NCBI GenBank assembly: GCA_037917625.1
Contig: JAVCBY010000050.1
Location: forward strand, 1-18,116
DNA: 18,116 nt
Reading direction: 5' to 3'
DNA from: Thermoproteota archaeon
GTDB taxonomy: Archaea > Korarchaeota > Korarchaeia > Korarchaeales > Korarchaeaceae
Shown here: piece by piece, positions 1 to 9,973 of the stretch
How the letters are laid out: every line of letters begins with the position of its first letter
How positions within the stretch are numbered: the first letter of the stretch is position 1
Position numbers and translations under genes: made by a program
The notes under the pieces: generated by a model
Databases searched by the model: none
The model's input: the letters and a program-made list of their open reading frames with translations, nothing else
What the model was told of the DNA's origin: nothing

Positions 1-307
1 CCTTAAGGTGATTATCTGATTATCAGGATTCTGAAAGACTAACCCCACTTTCCTAGCTAATTGAGCTACGCTAACTTCCCTAGTATCCATACCATCCACT
101 AATACTCTACCTACCATCTCCCCCCCTGTAGAAGTGAGGTATCAAGCCGTTCATCATCCTTAGTAGCGTAGACTTCCCGGATCCACTCATCCCAGCTATT
201 AGGAGAAAATCACCTCTTCTTATCTCTAAATTCACGTCTCTGATAGCGTAGGAATCGCTTCCCTCGTACTTGAATGAAGCTCCCTCGAATTTTATCAATG
301 CACTCAC
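1..307 (-). pseudogene. ECF-type ABC transporter ATPase (EcfA/CbiO family), 5' part, frameshifted at a G7 run (120-126); runs off the window start
   Basis: Walker A GMSGSGKST and LNGLIP-like motif in ORF 107..307. Removing one G from the run gives ...YRGEMVGRVLVDGMDTREVSVAQLARKVGLVFQNPDNQIITLR with the EcfA Q-loop (FQNPDNQ), open to position 1. Could be an intact gene with a sequencing error. Confidence 0.85.
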
Positions 308-322
308 ACCCCATTAACTGTC

Positions 323-338
323 AAAAAAGATTATAATA
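323..338 (+). promoter_or_regulatory. Putative BRE/TATA promoter for rps3ae, in a short divergent intergenic region
   Basis: AAAAAAGATTATAATA: purine-rich BRE followed by TTATAA, 20-35 nt upstream of the start codons at 354/369. Confidence 0.55.
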
Positions 339-368
339 ACAACCCATCACCCGATGGTGGGGATCGGA

Positions 369-1001
369 ATGTCGAGTAGGAAGGCGCGTGGGAAAGTCAA
401 AACTAAGACTTGGTACAACACATATGCTTTCGATGTATTTCCAGGTCAGTGGATAGGAGAGACACCAGCTAGCGATCCAGAGAGCTTGATCGGGAGGAAC
501 GTCGAGGTGGTAGTCAGGGATATAACTGGTGATTTCATGCATGAGAAGTACAAGCTCTGGTTCAAGATATTCAAGGTGGAGGGTAACAAAGCTTACGCTA
601 AGTTCGTGAAGGAGATGCTGAACAAAGATTACATGAGATCCATCATCCAGAGGAGGAGCTCGAGAGTGGACATTCAATCGGAAGGGGTAACTAAGGACGG
701 AAATTACGTCAGGATATTCACTCTGGTGGTCACATTGACTAGGATAAGGAGCAGCCAGAAGCACGCGATAAGGGAGAAGGTTGATGAGTACATCAGGAGC
801 ATAATTCCGAACTATACAGTGGAGGAGATCGTCAGATCCTTCATATTCGGTAGCCCTCTCCCAGTCACCTCCGAGATACAGAGGATATCCTCGAAGATAG
901 CTCCCATAAAATACGTGGAGCTTAGGAAGATGGCGATCCTGAAACCATCGGAAAGAGAGGTTGAGGAGAGGGTTGAAAGTAGCGCTACTAGCGGCGGGTA
1001 A
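369..1001 (+). CDS. rps3ae: 30S ribosomal protein S3Ae (eS1)
   Basis: KTWY..., IGETPASDPESLIGRNVEV, DITGDF, DYMRSIIQRRSSRVD and KIAPIKYVELRK match S3Ae. ATG 369 follows a GGTGGGG RBS; ATG 354 is an alternative start. Confidence 0.95.
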   Translation: MSSRKARGKVKTKTWYNTYAFDVFPGQWIGETPASDPESLIGRNVEVVVRDITGDFMHEKYKLWFKIFKVEGNKAYAKFVKEMLNKDYMRSIIQRRSSRVDIQSEGVTKDGNYVRIFTLVVTLTRIRSSQKHAIREKVDEYIRSIIPNYTVEEIVRSFIFGSPLPVTSEIQRISSKIAPIKYVELRKMAILKPSEREVEERVESSATSGG

Positions 1002-2022
1002 GGGGAACAGGTTAAGGCCAGCTACTGACTCCATACCTAAACCCTTATTACCGATAGCTTGCTCAAACCTCTTAGATCATAATTTAGCTCTACTCAACTC
1101 ACCAGAAGTTTACGTTGTCACGTGTTATATGAAGGAATTGTTCCTCGAATATAGATCCAAGTATGGGGTCAATCTAGTGGATCAAGGCGAGCCCCTAGGG
1201 ACGGGTCACGCAGTCCTAAAGCTGGAGGATCTAGTTAAGGAGGAGCTCCTCCTCCTATACTCAGATATTTATATTCCACCGGGATTTCTCGAAACTTTCT
1301 TATCTGAGAGGGATAAGTACGATCACTTAGTCGCAGTGGCCCCTGTTGAGAGGCCTTGGGAGTTCGGGGTCATCGAGGCTGAGGGGAAACTCCTCAAGAG
1401 GATAGTTGAGAAACCTAAGAGGGGAGAGGAACCATCAAATTTAGTGGTCGCCGGAGTATTCTTCTTATCACAATCGATATTCGATATACTGAGGAGCCTG
1501 GGTCCCTCCCCTAGGGGGGAGATAGAGCTTACATCAGCGATAACTGAAGCTGTTGAGAGAGGGGAGAGAGTGGGTATAGTCAGGATAAGCCCTTGGGTGG
1601 ATGCTGGGAGGAGAGAAGATTTCCTCCTCGCTCAGGAGCTTCTCCTGAATGACATGATATCAGGATTGAGGAGGGTACCTGAGGGGTTCAAGGTGGAGGG
1701 ATCATCGATAATCGGGAGGAACGCTGAGATAGATGGATCTTACTTTGATGGGCCCTGCTGTCTAGATGGCAAGTTGGTAGATTCGAAAGTAGCTAAAGCT
1801 TACTTACAGCAGTCTGAGGTGATAGGATCCACTGTAAGGAATTCGGTAGTGATGAGCGGTTCCTCAATAAGGAGATCCATCATAGAATCCTCAATAATCT
1901 CAAAGGGCTCCTCAATAATCAGCTCGAAATTGCTCAACTCTATAAATGCATCAGGGACATACATAAAGGGATGTGAGATCTATGACGGTCTCATTTGGGA
2001 GAGCAGATCCTGCTCTACCTAG
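973..2022 (+). CDS. Sugar-phosphate nucleotidyltransferase (GlmU/RmlA/GCD1-like) with C-terminal left-handed beta-helix
   Basis: LAAGKGNRLRP..PKPLLPI, PLGTGHA, IVEKP, SPRGEIELTSA, WVDAG motifs, then Ser/Ile-rich hexapeptide-like repeats. TTG 973 follows GAGGAG; overlaps the rps3ae 3' end. Confidence 0.88.
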   Translation: MKVALLAAGKGNRLRPATDSIPKPLLPIACSNLLDHNLALLNSPEVYVVTCYMKELFLEYRSKYGVNLVDQGEPLGTGHAVLKLEDLVKEELLLLYSDIYIPPGFLETFLSERDKYDHLVAVAPVERPWEFGVIEAEGKLLKRIVEKPKRGEEPSNLVVAGVFFLSQSIFDILRSLGPSPRGEIELTSAITEAVERGERVGIVRISPWVDAGRREDFLLAQELLLNDMISGLRRVPEGFKVEGSSIIGRNAEIDGSYFDGPCCLDGKLVDSKVAKAYLQQSEVIGSTVRNSVVMSGSSIRRSIIESSIISKGSSIISSKLLNSINASGTYIKGCEIYDGLIWESRSCST

Positions 2023-3208
2023 CTGTTACTATCTTAATGACATCCCTATGCTTCAATTCATGATTTAAGGATATTCTCATCTTATTCCTGACATCTATCC
2101 CATGCAGAGCCTTATTCGCGATCTCACTGTGGATCTTCTCAGCTAGATCTAATACTGTACCATTCTTAGGCAGTATTATAGCATCTGGGAGTATATTACC
2201 ATCCTTATCGGAGAGCTTAGTCTCATTCTCAACGGGGAAGACTACTTTCATCCCCAATACATTGAAGACGGAGATTTCCAAGGTATCCTGGACTCCAGTG
2301 CTCCCGAATTCATTGAGCACCCTCTCCCTTATCATATTCAGGGCTTTCAATTGAGGTCCTGATAGCTTAGCTTCATCTACTATCTCGAAATCCTTATCCC
2401 CTGGCTCATACCTTATTAAGCCGGCTTTCGAGGCCTTCCTCAATATGAGCTCGGCTTCAGCAGAAACAGGTATCACTGGTTCTTCGAAAGCACTTCTCAA
2501 CCTCTCTAAATTCTTATGAGCTCCTGGAATATCTATCTTATTTGCAGCTATAACGAAGGGCTTCCCCCTCTTAAGTATCTCATTCGATAGTTCCTGTAGC
2601 TCATCTATAGTGAGATCTAGAGGTGACTTCTTGATATGGACGGATTCAAGGGCTTCCTTAACTACATCCCTACTTATCTCCAATCCCGTTAAGACTTCAT
2701 AAATAGCTTCATCGTGGGAAGCGCCGCTCAATAACTTCCCCCTGATCTTCCCCTTAGCTCTATCTATTATCGATGCCATCCATCTCGAGAACTCCTCCTT
2801 GACGATCTTCACGTCCTCAACTGGGTCATGAGTGAGAGGGGGGACGGGGTTCCCCTCATCATCAGTGGAACCGGAGGCATCCACCACTATTATGTTGACG
2901 CTAGCCCTCCTCAAATCATCCAAGAACTTATTCCCCAGACCTCTCCCTCTATGAGCTCCCCTGACTAGACCGGCTACATCCAAGAGCTTGACTGGGACGT
3001 ACCTATGAGTGCCGTTGCACCACCCATATTTAGGCTGGCATCTAACCCCGAACTCAGTGCAGACAGATTTCACTCTGACGTAACCGATCCCCTCATTGGG
3101 CTCTATCGTGACGAAAGGTCTGTTCTCCCTAGCTGCATCTACTAGAGTTGCTGCTGAGAAGAAAGTCGTTTTACCGACGTTAGTCTTGCCGACCACCCCT
3201 ATGAGCAT
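2015..3208 (-). CDS. ychF: Archaeal YchF/Obg-family translation-associated GTPase with C-terminal TGS domain
   Basis: G1 GKTNVGKT, G2 PFVTIEPN, G3 [16 protein letters not shown]4 NKID; TGS-like [22 protein letters not shown] 3208 follows an AAGGAG RBS; the track start 3292 is too long. Confidence 0.92.
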   Translation of the reverse strand: MLIGVVGKTNVGKTTFFSAATLVDAARENRPFVTIEPNEGIGYVRVKSVCTEFGVRCQPKYGWCNGTHRYVPVKLLDVAGLVRGAHRGRGLGNKFLDDLRRASVNIIVVDASGSTDDEGNPVPPLTHDPVEDVKIVKEEFSRWMASIIDRAKGKIRGKLLSGASHDEAIYEVLTGLEISRDVVKEALESVHIKKSPLDLTIDELQELSNEILKRGKPFVIAANKIDIPGAHKNLERLRSAFEEPVIPVSAEAELILRKASKAGLIRYEPGDKDFEIVDEAKLSGPQLKALNMIRERVLNEFGSTGVQDTLEISVFNVLGMKVVFPVENETKLSDKDGNILPDAIILPKNGTVLDLAEKIHSEIANKALHGIDVRNKMRISLNHELKHRDVIKIVTAR

Positions 3209-3269
3209 CTCCTTATTGTGTATGTCAAGCTTTAAAATGAGATAAGCATTGCCTCCCGGGGTGCCAAAC

Positions 3270-3857
3270 TTGGTCATCGCTGGTAGGTACATGGAGAAGC
3301 TAGTGTGGAGGAAGAGGAAGGAGGATCCTGAATTAATTAAGCTCTGGAGGGAGAGGTTAATAAGCTGGAGGAGGGAGCCAGCTGTAGTTAGAGTGGAGAG
3401 GCCGACTAGACCTGATAGAGCTAGATCCCTAGGTTACAGGGCTAAGCAAGGGTTCATAGTAGTAAGAGTGAGAGTGAGGAAGGGTGGGAGGAGGAAGCCC
3501 AGGCCCAGGAGCGGGAGGAAGCCCGCTGGCCTAGGCGTACTGAAATTGACCCCGAAGAAGAGCATAAGGTGGATAGCTGAGGAGAGAGCTGCGAGAAAAT
3601 TCCCCAACTTAGAGGTGCTTAACTCATATTACGTAGCTGAGGACGGGAAGTATTACTGGTACGAGGTGATAATGGTGGATCCCCATCATCCGGTCATCTC
3701 CTCCGATCCCAGGATAAATTGGATCCTGAACCCAGCGAACAAGAGGAGGGTATTCAGAGGGCTAACTAGCGCTGGGAAGAAGGCAAGAGGACTGAGATCA
3801 TCTAGGGGAATACCTGATGTCGTTAAGAGGTTCAAGAGGAAGAGGAAATCGAGTTGA
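3270..3857 (+). CDS. rpl15e: 50S ribosomal protein L15e (eL15)
   Basis: [67 protein letters not shown] 3270 follows a GGGGTG RBS; ATG 3291 is an alternative start. Confidence 0.97.
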   Translation: MVIAGRYMEKLVWRKRKEDPELIKLWRERLISWRREPAVVRVERPTRPDRARSLGYRAKQGFIVVRVRVRKGGRRKPRPRSGRKPAGLGVLKLTPKKSIRWIAEERAARKFPNLEVLNSYYVAEDGKYYWYEVIMVDPHHPVISSDPRINWILNPANKRRVFRGLTSAGKKARGLRSSRGIPDVVKRFKRKRKSS

Positions 3858-4276
3858 AGTTGCTCTCAGCTGAGATATCGACTATGCTATATCCATCAGA
3901 GGTGGAGGAGAGGGTTAGGTCCCTACTGCTATCTTTATGCGATTGCGAGATAAAGGAGGAGAGAGTATCGAGTCATTACGGTTACTCATTCAAGGTCCTC
4001 ACATGTAACTTGAGTGGGGAGAGGGCTGAGGAATTATTTAGGAAGGTAATATGTTCTTTGAGCGAGCCGGAGCTCTTCTCACTTCTAGATAATATAGATA
4101 AATATGTTGAGGGGAGAAACCTTTACATAAGGCTCTCTAAACAAGATCTAGCTCTCGGGAAGTTCAAGATTTATGGAGGGGATCCGGGAGGATATATAAG
4201 GATAAAATTCTCTTTTAAGAGCTCTTTAGAGGTTGAGGAAATGAGGAAGGTCGGGGAGTCTTGTACGCAGACTTAA
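3854..4276 (+). CDS. Predicted exosome-associated RNA-binding protein (COG1325/DUF54-like)
   Basis: [14 protein letters not shown] and LYIRLSKQ resemble the family motifs (TEDxxKV, GxyGN, lylRldKQ). Conserved position between rpl15e and rpp30. Confidence 0.8.
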   Translation: MKLLSAEISTMLYPSEVEERVRSLLLSLCDCEIKEERVSSHYGYSFKVLTCNLSGERAEELFRKVICSLSEPELFSLLDNIDKYVEGRNLYIRLSKQDLALGKFKIYGGDPGGYIRIKFSFKSSLEVEEMRKVGESCTQT

Positions 4277-4878
4277 TAGCTCCGAGGAGCGTTAATGATT
4301 GCATCAAGATGATGGAGAGAGCTAAGTCCCTTGGGTATGGGATTTTAGGGATTCTCGGGGACTTCAAGGTAGAATCTGACCTAATTAAGACATTTAAAGT
4401 AGCCTTAATTGATGGGGATCCTAGATTGAGGCAGAAGCTCAGGATGGGAGCGGAACTGATCTTAGCGAAGCCCTCCTCTCTCGAGGATGCGAGGAAGATT
4501 TCCCCCTCAGTCGATGGGATCATAGCGACTTATGATTCGGAGAGGCCCAGGATAGATTACGTCAGTTTAAAGCAATTGAAGAGGAATGAAGGAGCTCTAG
4601 TGATTCCCATAAGCTACTTAATAAGGAGGATGGTTGAGAGTGCCCAAGTGATGAGATCCGTTTACTTGGAACTTAAGATGGCGATGAGAATAGGGGTCTA
4701 CCCAATATTATGCAGTTTAGCATCGGAGGAGAGGGAGCTAGTACCACCTAGGCTCATGATATCATTCTCGGAGTTCTTCTTCGATCTCAAGAGAGAGGAA
4801 TCCAAGAGGTTCATCAAGGATTTCCCGATATACATGATCAGTAAGGAGAGGAAGCTAAAGCTGAAGGGAAGGAGCTAG
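4261..4878 (+). CDS. rnp3: RNase P protein subunit Rpp30 (divergent)
   Basis: Size about 205 aa; IDYVSLKQLKRNEGALVIP and ILCSLASEERELVPPR resemble Rpp30 motifs; canonical operon position. Confidence 0.75.
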   Translation: MYADLIAPRSVNDCIKMMERAKSLGYGILGILGDFKVESDLIKTFKVALIDGDPRLRQKLRMGAELILAKPSSLEDARKISPSVDGIIATYDSERPRIDYVSLKQLKRNEGALVIPISYLIRRMVESAQVMRSVYLELKMAMRIGVYPILCSLASEERELVPPRLMISFSEFFFDLKREESKRFIKDFPIYMISKERKLKLKGRS

Positions 4879-4879
4879 G

Positions 4880-5212
4880 TTGAAATTCAAGGTACCGATT
4901 GACCTTAAGGAGAGGAGAAGGTATATATGCGTCAAGCACCCGGAAGGGTATCCTCTCTTAGATAAGACTAGGAGGACGCTCATGATGATAGGTGGGCTTA
5001 AATGCTTATCTTACAGCAAGATATCAATTATGAACATAAATAAAGCGATCTCCGTGATAAGGACGAGTGAGAGTTCAATTGGAGCTGTGCTAACAGCACT
5101 ATTGATCCTCAAATATACTGAATGTAGTGAGATAGATGTGATGGGTCTCTCGGGGAACTTGAGGAAAATGAGGGAGATTTGCTCGGGGATTAAGGATAAT
5201 ATGCAGATATAA
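4880..5212 (+). CDS. rnp2: RNase P protein subunit Pop5/Rpp14 (divergent)
   Basis: N-terminal LKERRRYI, central VIRT and C-terminal GLSGNLRKMR (cf. gvSGTikk); lies between rpp30 and psmA. Confidence 0.78.
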   Translation: MKFKVPIDLKERRRYICVKHPEGYPLLDKTRRTLMMIGGLKCLSYSKISIMNINKAISVIRTSESSIGAVLTALLILKYTECSEIDVMGLSGNLRKMREICSGIKDNMQI

Positions 5213-5300
5213 AAGCCATTATTGTGCTTTAAATTTACATATGGACTGGACATATTGATCTCCTTTGGGGAAATGGGCCTCATGGCATAGTAGCATTGAA

Positions 5301-5317
5301 CAGAAAACTCTATAATC
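5301..5317 (+). promoter_or_regulatory. Putative internal BRE/TATA promoter for psmA and downstream exosome genes
   Basis: CAGAAAACTCTATAATC about 35-50 nt upstream of ATG 5353, in the only sizeable gap of the operon. Confidence 0.45.
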
Positions 5318-5352
5318 TCATAATCCTACTGAGCGAGGAGTGAGGTGTGAAT

Positions 5353-6072
5353 ATGTTTCCTCAGGTCACGGGATATGATAGAGCTATAACAGTCTTCAGT
5401 CCTGATGGGAGACTTCTCCAAGTGGAGTACGCGCTCTCAGCTACTAGGAGGACACCTCTAGCTATAGGGATGAAGTGTAAAGATGGCGTCGTCCTGCTAG
5501 CCGTTAGGAAGTACCTATCCCCCCTAGCCACTCCACCCGAGAAGATATACAGGATAGATGAGCACATAGGAGCCATAGCTGCGGGTTTGGTCGGCGATGG
5601 CTTAGTTCTTATAGAGAGGGGGAGGATGGAGGCCCAATACAATAGGCTGATATATGGAGAGCCGATAACAGTTAAGAATCTAGCTAAGAGATTGGCTCTT
5701 TACAAACAACAATTCACACAGTACGCTGGCTTGAGGCCATTCGGCGTCATGATGATAATAGGAGGGATAGATGAGGGACCAGAGCTTTACGTAACGCATC
5801 CTGGAGGAGCTTATTATGATTACGCAGCTTTCGCAGTTGGAAAGAACTCGGATAAGGTTAATGAAACGTTCAGACAGAGCTTCAAGCAAGAGTTCTCCTT
5901 AGATGAGTGCATAAAGTATGCGATAAGAGTAGCGATGGAATCGGAAGAGGAAGAAGTAAATGAGAACTACTTGGAGATAGCTGTTATAGATGTGAGCACG
6001 AGGAAATTCAGAGAACTCAAGAAGGATGAGATAGCCAAATACGTCAACTTAGTGAGGGGAAGAGAAGGGTGA
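5353..6072 (+). CDS. psmA: Proteasome subunit alpha
   Basis: GYDRAITVFSPDGRLLQVEYA signature and TQYAGLRPFGV. ATG 5353 follows GAGGTG. Confidence 0.97.
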   Translation: MFPQVTGYDRAITVFSPDGRLLQVEYALSATRRTPLAIGMKCKDGVVLLAVRKYLSPLATPPEKIYRIDEHIGAIAAGLVGDGLVLIERGRMEAQYNRLIYGEPITVKNLAKRLALYKQQFTQYAGLRPFGVMMIIGGIDEGPELYVTHPGGAYYDYAAFAVGKNSDKVNETFRQSFKQEFSLDECIKYAIRVAMESEEEEVNENYLEIAVIDVSTRKFRELKKDEIAKYVNLVRGREG

Positions 6073-6755
6073 TTCTTTTGCCTGAGCCCGTGATAGCTAG
6101 GATAACGCGGGCCGGGAAGAAGTTTGAGATATTCGTCTACCCGGATAAGGCGTATCAATTCAAGGAGGGGAAGCGAGTAGATGTTAGGAGCATACTAGCT
6201 GTCGAGGGCATATTCACGGATGCTAGGAAATCTGAAGTAGCTCCATCTTCGGAGTTGAAGAGAGCTTTCGGGACGACAGATATCTACAGTATAGCTGAGA
6301 CCATCCTGAGGGAGGGGGAAGTCCAGCTGACAGCGGAATACAGGAAGAAACTGCAGGAGGAGAAGATCAGGTGGATAATAAATTACATTCACAAGAACTT
6401 CGTCGACCCCCAGACGGATCTTCCTCATCCAATATCCAGGATAGAGAAAGCGATGAAAGAAGCTAAAGTAAGGATAGATCCCATGAAGGACCCGGAGCAA
6501 CAAGTTAAGGAAGTCTTAGATCAGCTGAGGAAGATACTCCCTCTCAAAACGGGCTTAGTAAAGATGGTAGTCACAGTACCCTCGTCAGCTTGGGCTAAGG
6601 CTAGGTCTTTATTGCTCGGGCAGGGCAACATAATATCTGAGAAGTGGTCCGATGATGGGGAAAAAGTTACTTTAGTGGCTGAGGTACCCGTGGGCTCCCA
6701 AATGTTGCTCTTCGAGAGGATAGGTGAGATGGGGGGTCAGGCTAAAGTTGAGTGA
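6069..6755 (+). CDS. sdo1: Ribosome maturation factor SBDS/Sdo1
   Basis: [49 protein letters not shown]. Start 6069 (GTGA overlap with psmA) or 6078. Confidence 0.95.
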   Translation: MILLPEPVIARITRAGKKFEIFVYPDKAYQFKEGKRVDVRSILAVEGIFTDARKSEVAPSSELKRAFGTTDIYSIAETILREGEVQLTAEYRKKLQEEKIRWIINYIHKNFVDPQTDLPHPISRIEKAMKEAKVRIDPMKDPEQQVKEVLDQLRKILPLKTGLVKMVVTVPSSAWAKARSLLLGQGNIISEKWSDDGEKVTLVAEVPVGSQMLLFERIGEMGGQAKVE

Positions 6756-7428
6756 TTTAGTTTTCGTCAGGGATAAGGAGGTAGTGATACCCGGTCAACC
6801 CCTAGCTAGGGGTAAGATGAGACCGGGGAAGGACGTTTATGTAGATGAGAGCGGTACTATAAGGTCGAAGAAACTAGGTTTAGTTAGCTTGAAGGATGAT
6901 GAGGTATCGGTAGTCCCATTAGTCGGGGCTTATATACCGAAGGAAGATGATTTAGTGATAGGTATAGTCTCGAAGATAAGCGGGAACACCATCTTAGTCG
7001 ATATAAGGAGCCCTTATCAGGGAGCTTTGCCTATCCAGAGGAGAGCTGAGAGGGTCGATATGAGGAAATACGATCTGAGGATAGGGGATGTGATCCTCGC
7101 TAAAGTTAGGTCATTCGATGGGGCTTCCTCACTCATACTCACGATAGATGCTGAGGGATTGGGGAAGCTGGAGGGTGGTTACTTGCTTGAAGTGGATCCT
7201 GCTAAAGTCCCCAGGGTCATAGGGAAGAGGCAATCAATGCTATCCATGCTGAGGGAGACTACTAAGAGCGAGATAATAGTTGCGAATAACGGTAGAATCT
7301 GGGTGAAGCCTCCCTCAGTTAAGGAGTTAATGGCACTCGAGAAAGCTCTCAAGAAGATAGAGGAGGAGTCTCACGTCTCAGGGCTTAGCGATAGGATATC
7401 TTCGCTCCTCTCCCGAGAGTTGAGGTGA
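6748..7428 (+). CDS. rrp4: Exosome RNA-binding cap subunit Rrp4
   Basis: [17 protein letters not shown] (S1), [20 protein letters not shown] (KH), [18 protein letters not shown] 6748 preferred over track start 6724. Confidence 0.95.
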   Translation: MSDLVFVRDKEVVIPGQPLARGKMRPGKDVYVDESGTIRSKKLGLVSLKDDEVSVVPLVGAYIPKEDDLVIGIVSKISGNTILVDIRSPYQGALPIQRRAERVDMRKYDLRIGDVILAKVRSFDGASSLILTIDAEGLGKLEGGYLLEVDPAKVPRVIGKRQSMLSMLRETTKSEIIVANNGRIWVKPPSVKELMALEKALKKIEEESHVSGLSDRISSLLSRELR

Positions 7429-7432
7429 TATC

Positions 7433-8179
7433 ATGCCTCTATACGTAGAGAGGAAACCCGAGAGTTTGATAACTGAGGAAGGTATAAGGACGGATGGAAG
7501 GCTCCCTCACGAGATGAGGCCCATTAAAATGATGGTGGGGGTCTTGGAGAAAGCTGATGGTTCAGCTTTCGTTGAATGGGGAGGAAATAGGATTTTAGCT
7601 GCTGTCTTCGGTCCGAGGGAGGTCCATCCTAAGCACATGGTCCTCCCGGATAGAGCTCTAGTGAGGGCTAGGTATAACATGGCCCCCTTCTCCACTCCGG
7701 AGAGGAGGAGGCCTGGACCGGATAGGAGGAGCATAGAACTATCTAAAGTGATAAGAGAAGCTTTAAAGCCAGCTATATTCACTGAAAATTACCCAGGATC
7801 TGTCATAGATATATTCGTAGAGGTCCTGAGGTCTGATGCTGGGACTAGAGTAGCTGGGATAAACGCAGCTTCACTAGCTCTCGCTAGCGCAGGGGTAGCG
7901 ATGAGGGGTCTCGTATCAGCTTGCTCTGTAGGTAGAGTTGGGAATTTCATCGTGGTGGATCCGAATCACGATGAGGACATGTGGGGGGATTCGGATATGC
8001 CTCTAGCCATGATGATGGAATCTGAGGAGATAACCCTATTGCAAGCTGACGGTACTCTGAGCGAGGAGGAGTTCAAGGAAGCGTTAAATCTCGGGAGAAA
8101 GGCGATAAGGTTCGTCTATGAGGTTCAGAAGGAGGCCCTGAAGAGGCCCTATTATCTAGTGGAGAGGAGGGTGGTATGA
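7433..8179 (+). CDS. rrp41: Exosome catalytic subunit Rrp41 (RNase PH fold)
   Basis: RTDGR, ADGSA, GPREVHPKH, YNMAPFS..ER, DRRSIELSKVI, DAGTR phosphate site, EDMWGDSDMP acidic catalytic motif. Confidence 0.97.
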   Translation: MPLYVERKPESLITEEGIRTDGRLPHEMRPIKMMVGVLEKADGSAFVEWGGNRILAAVFGPREVHPKHMVLPDRALVRARYNMAPFSTPERRRPGPDRRSIELSKVIREALKPAIFTENYPGSVIDIFVEVLRSDAGTRVAGINAASLALASAGVAMRGLVSACSVGRVGNFIVVDPNHDEDMWGDSDMPLAMMMESEEITLLQADGTLSEEEFKEALNLGRKAIRFVYEVQKEALKRPYYLVERRVV

Positions 8180-8982
8180 TGTTCGATCAGGAGATCCTCA
8201 CGCATAATTTAATGAAGGATTACATAAGGGATCTCGCTGAGAATGGGCAGAGAGTGGATGGAAGGGGCTTCCATGAGTATAGGCCCATAGAGGTCCTCAA
8301 CGGTACTTTCACTAAAGCTGAAGGGGAGGCTTGGCTTAAGTTAGGGGAAACTCAAGTTTTGGTAGGAGTTAAAGCTGATCTAGGGGAACCCTTTCCAGAT
8401 ACTCCGGATAAGGGGGTCTTCGTATCCAATGCTGAGCTCCTCCCAGTCGCTTCTCCTACCTTCGAGCCGGGTCCACCTGATGAAGGAGCGATAGAACTCG
8501 CTAGGGTAGTAGATAGGGCAATAAGGAGCGTTGATGCTATAGATCTAGGGTCTTTAGTGATACTGCCCGGGAAATTAGTGTATATGATATTCTTGGATAT
8601 GTACGTGCTAGATTACGATGGGAACTTAGAGGATTCCCTCACGCTCGCTAGCTTGATAGCCCTAGGGAGATCTGAGATACCTGAAGTAGAGCTCAAGAAC
8701 GGTGAGATCGAGGTTAAGGAGAGTAAGAGGAAGTTGGAGCTCAAGGATATACCGATAAACTTCAGCTTCGTCAAGATAGGGAGCAAGATATTACTTGATC
8801 CGACAATAGAGGAGGAGAGCGTTTCAGATGCATCGATTACAGTAGCGATAAATAAAGATGGGAAGGTCTGTTCGGTGCAGAAGAGGCACGGTACCTTCAG
8901 CGTGGATGAGATTTTAAATATAGTTAGCGTAGCTAAGAGCAAGTGGCCCGAACTAGCGAGTATAGTGAGAGAGGCGATATAA
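8176..8982 (+). CDS. rrp42: Exosome subunit Rrp42
   Basis: RVDGR..EYRPI, KAEG, PFPDTPDKG, FEPGPPDEGAIELARVVDRAIR, DYDGNL, DPTIEEE. Confidence 0.97.
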   Translation: MMFDQEILTHNLMKDYIRDLAENGQRVDGRGFHEYRPIEVLNGTFTKAEGEAWLKLGETQVLVGVKADLGEPFPDTPDKGVFVSNAELLPVASPTFEPGPPDEGAIELARVVDRAIRSVDAIDLGSLVILPGKLVYMIFLDMYVLDYDGNLEDSLTLASLIALGRSEIPEVELKNGEIEVKESKRKLELKDIPINFSFVKIGSKILLDPTIEEESVSDASITVAINKDGKVCSVQKRHGTFSVDEILNIVSVAKSKWPELASIVREAI

Positions 8983-8983
8983 T

Positions 8984-9232
8984 ATGACAAGGCCCCCGAG
9001 GAGTAAGCTCAGGACCACGAGATACGGTTCTAAGATAAGGAAGAGGGTTGAGTTCACACTCCAGAAGAGCAAGAGGACTTACAAATGTCCGTATTGCGGA
9101 GCTCAAGCTGTGAGGAGATTGAGGCTAGGAGTTTGGAGTTGCAAGAAGTGCGGGAAGGTATTCACAGGGGGTGCATGGGAGCCTTTCACCGCTGTAGCTA
9201 GAGGTGCGGAGCTTGCAAGGGAGAAATCTTGA
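8984..9232 (+). CDS. rpl37ae: 50S ribosomal protein L37Ae (eL43)
   Basis: RYGSKIRKR, zinc ribbon CPYC...GVWSCKKC, FTGGAW. Confidence 0.96.
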   Translation: MTRPPRSKLRTTRYGSKIRKRVEFTLQKSKRTYKCPYCGAQAVRRLRLGVWSCKKCGKVFTGGAWEPFTAVARGAELAREKS

Positions 9233-9765
9233 TCTTAATAACTACTACTAGGAGACCATCTAGGAGGACTAGATCCTTCGTGAGAGATCTCTACCACGTG
9301 CTGCCGAGCTCGATTAGGAGGAATAGGGGGAAGATGTCCCTCGAGGACCTCAATGAGTTAGCCATTAGGACTGGAGTCGATAGGGTCATCGTAGTTGGGA
9401 CTCAGAGGGGGAATCCCTCCTCCTTAACATTTTATGAGCCAATACCATCCCGTCTGAAGCTCATATCTACGGTTAACTTGAGCGGGGTTTCCCTAAGGAG
9501 GGAGATAACGAAAAAGAGAGCTCCCCATTCCAAGAGGATGTGCGTAGCATCTTCGGATGAGCTCGAGAATGAGGCTGAATTACTGGCTAGATCGTTCAAT
9601 GTCAGATATGTTAGATTGGGTGAGCTCAAGGATTTTGATATCTCCCTAATCCTCACCTCTGAAGGAGGCCTCAAGGCCAGCTTCTACAGGACCTCCCCCA
9701 TGGAGGAACTGGGACCTAGGATGAGGATAGCTGGGATCAGGGAGTATGGCGAGGGTCTCGACTAG
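9229..9765 (+). CDS. Brix/Imp4-domain ribosome biogenesis protein
   Basis: MILITTTRRPSRRTRSFVRDL, NRGKMSL, RGNPS and C-terminal ELGPRM; canonical operon position. Confidence 0.92.
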   Translation: MILITTTRRPSRRTRSFVRDLYHVLPSSIRRNRGKMSLEDLNELAIRTGVDRVIVVGTQRGNPSSLTFYEPIPSRLKLISTVNLSGVSLRREITKKRAPHSKRMCVASSDELENEAELLARSFNVRYVRLGELKDFDISLILTSEGGLKASFYRTSPMEELGPRMRIAGIREYGEGLD

Positions 9766-9973
9766 CATCGAGATAGAGTTCGGGAGCGATGAGGAAGCCT
9801 CTGATTTCTTCAAAGCTTTCTACCCGGACTTCATAGATCTGAAACCCGAGATAATCGGGAATAAGATCTCGATAATTGTTGAGGGTAGGCCAGCTAGGGT
9901 TAGGGCTATTATGAATAGTATACTTAGGCTCGTTCATCTTTACGATTCTCTCTCTGACTTCCTGAAGATCTAG
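9746..9973 (+). CDS. pcc1: KEOPS complex subunit Pcc1
   Basis: 75 aa; IEIEF, A..PD, RVRAIMNSILRLV (cf. lRAalNSylRwi); follows brix as in other archaea. Confidence 0.8.
   Translation: MARVSTSIEIEFGSDEEASDFFKAFYPDFIDLKPEIIGNKISIIVEGRPARVRAIMNSILRLVHLYDSLSDFLKI

Noticed and set aside
321..1034. 237-aa minus-strand ORF
   Set aside because: Antisense shadow of rps3ae with no recognisable motifs. The same applies to the other antisense track ORFs (e.g. 4215-4523, 5011-5283, 8613-8990, 13442-13906, 15391-15915).
1858..1925. Three TCCTCAATAA repeats
   Set aside because: Explained by Ser-Ser-Ile hexapeptide-type repeats of the beta-helix domain.
3209..3292. Apparent overlap of the ychF and rpl15e 5' ends in the ORF track
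   Set aside because: Over-extended starts; RBS-supported starts at 3208 and 3270 leave a normal 61-bp divergent promoter with TTTAAAA.
7219..7240. Rrp4 KH loop GKRQ instead of GxxG
   Set aside because: Non-canonical KH loops are already known in archaeal Rrp4 proteins.
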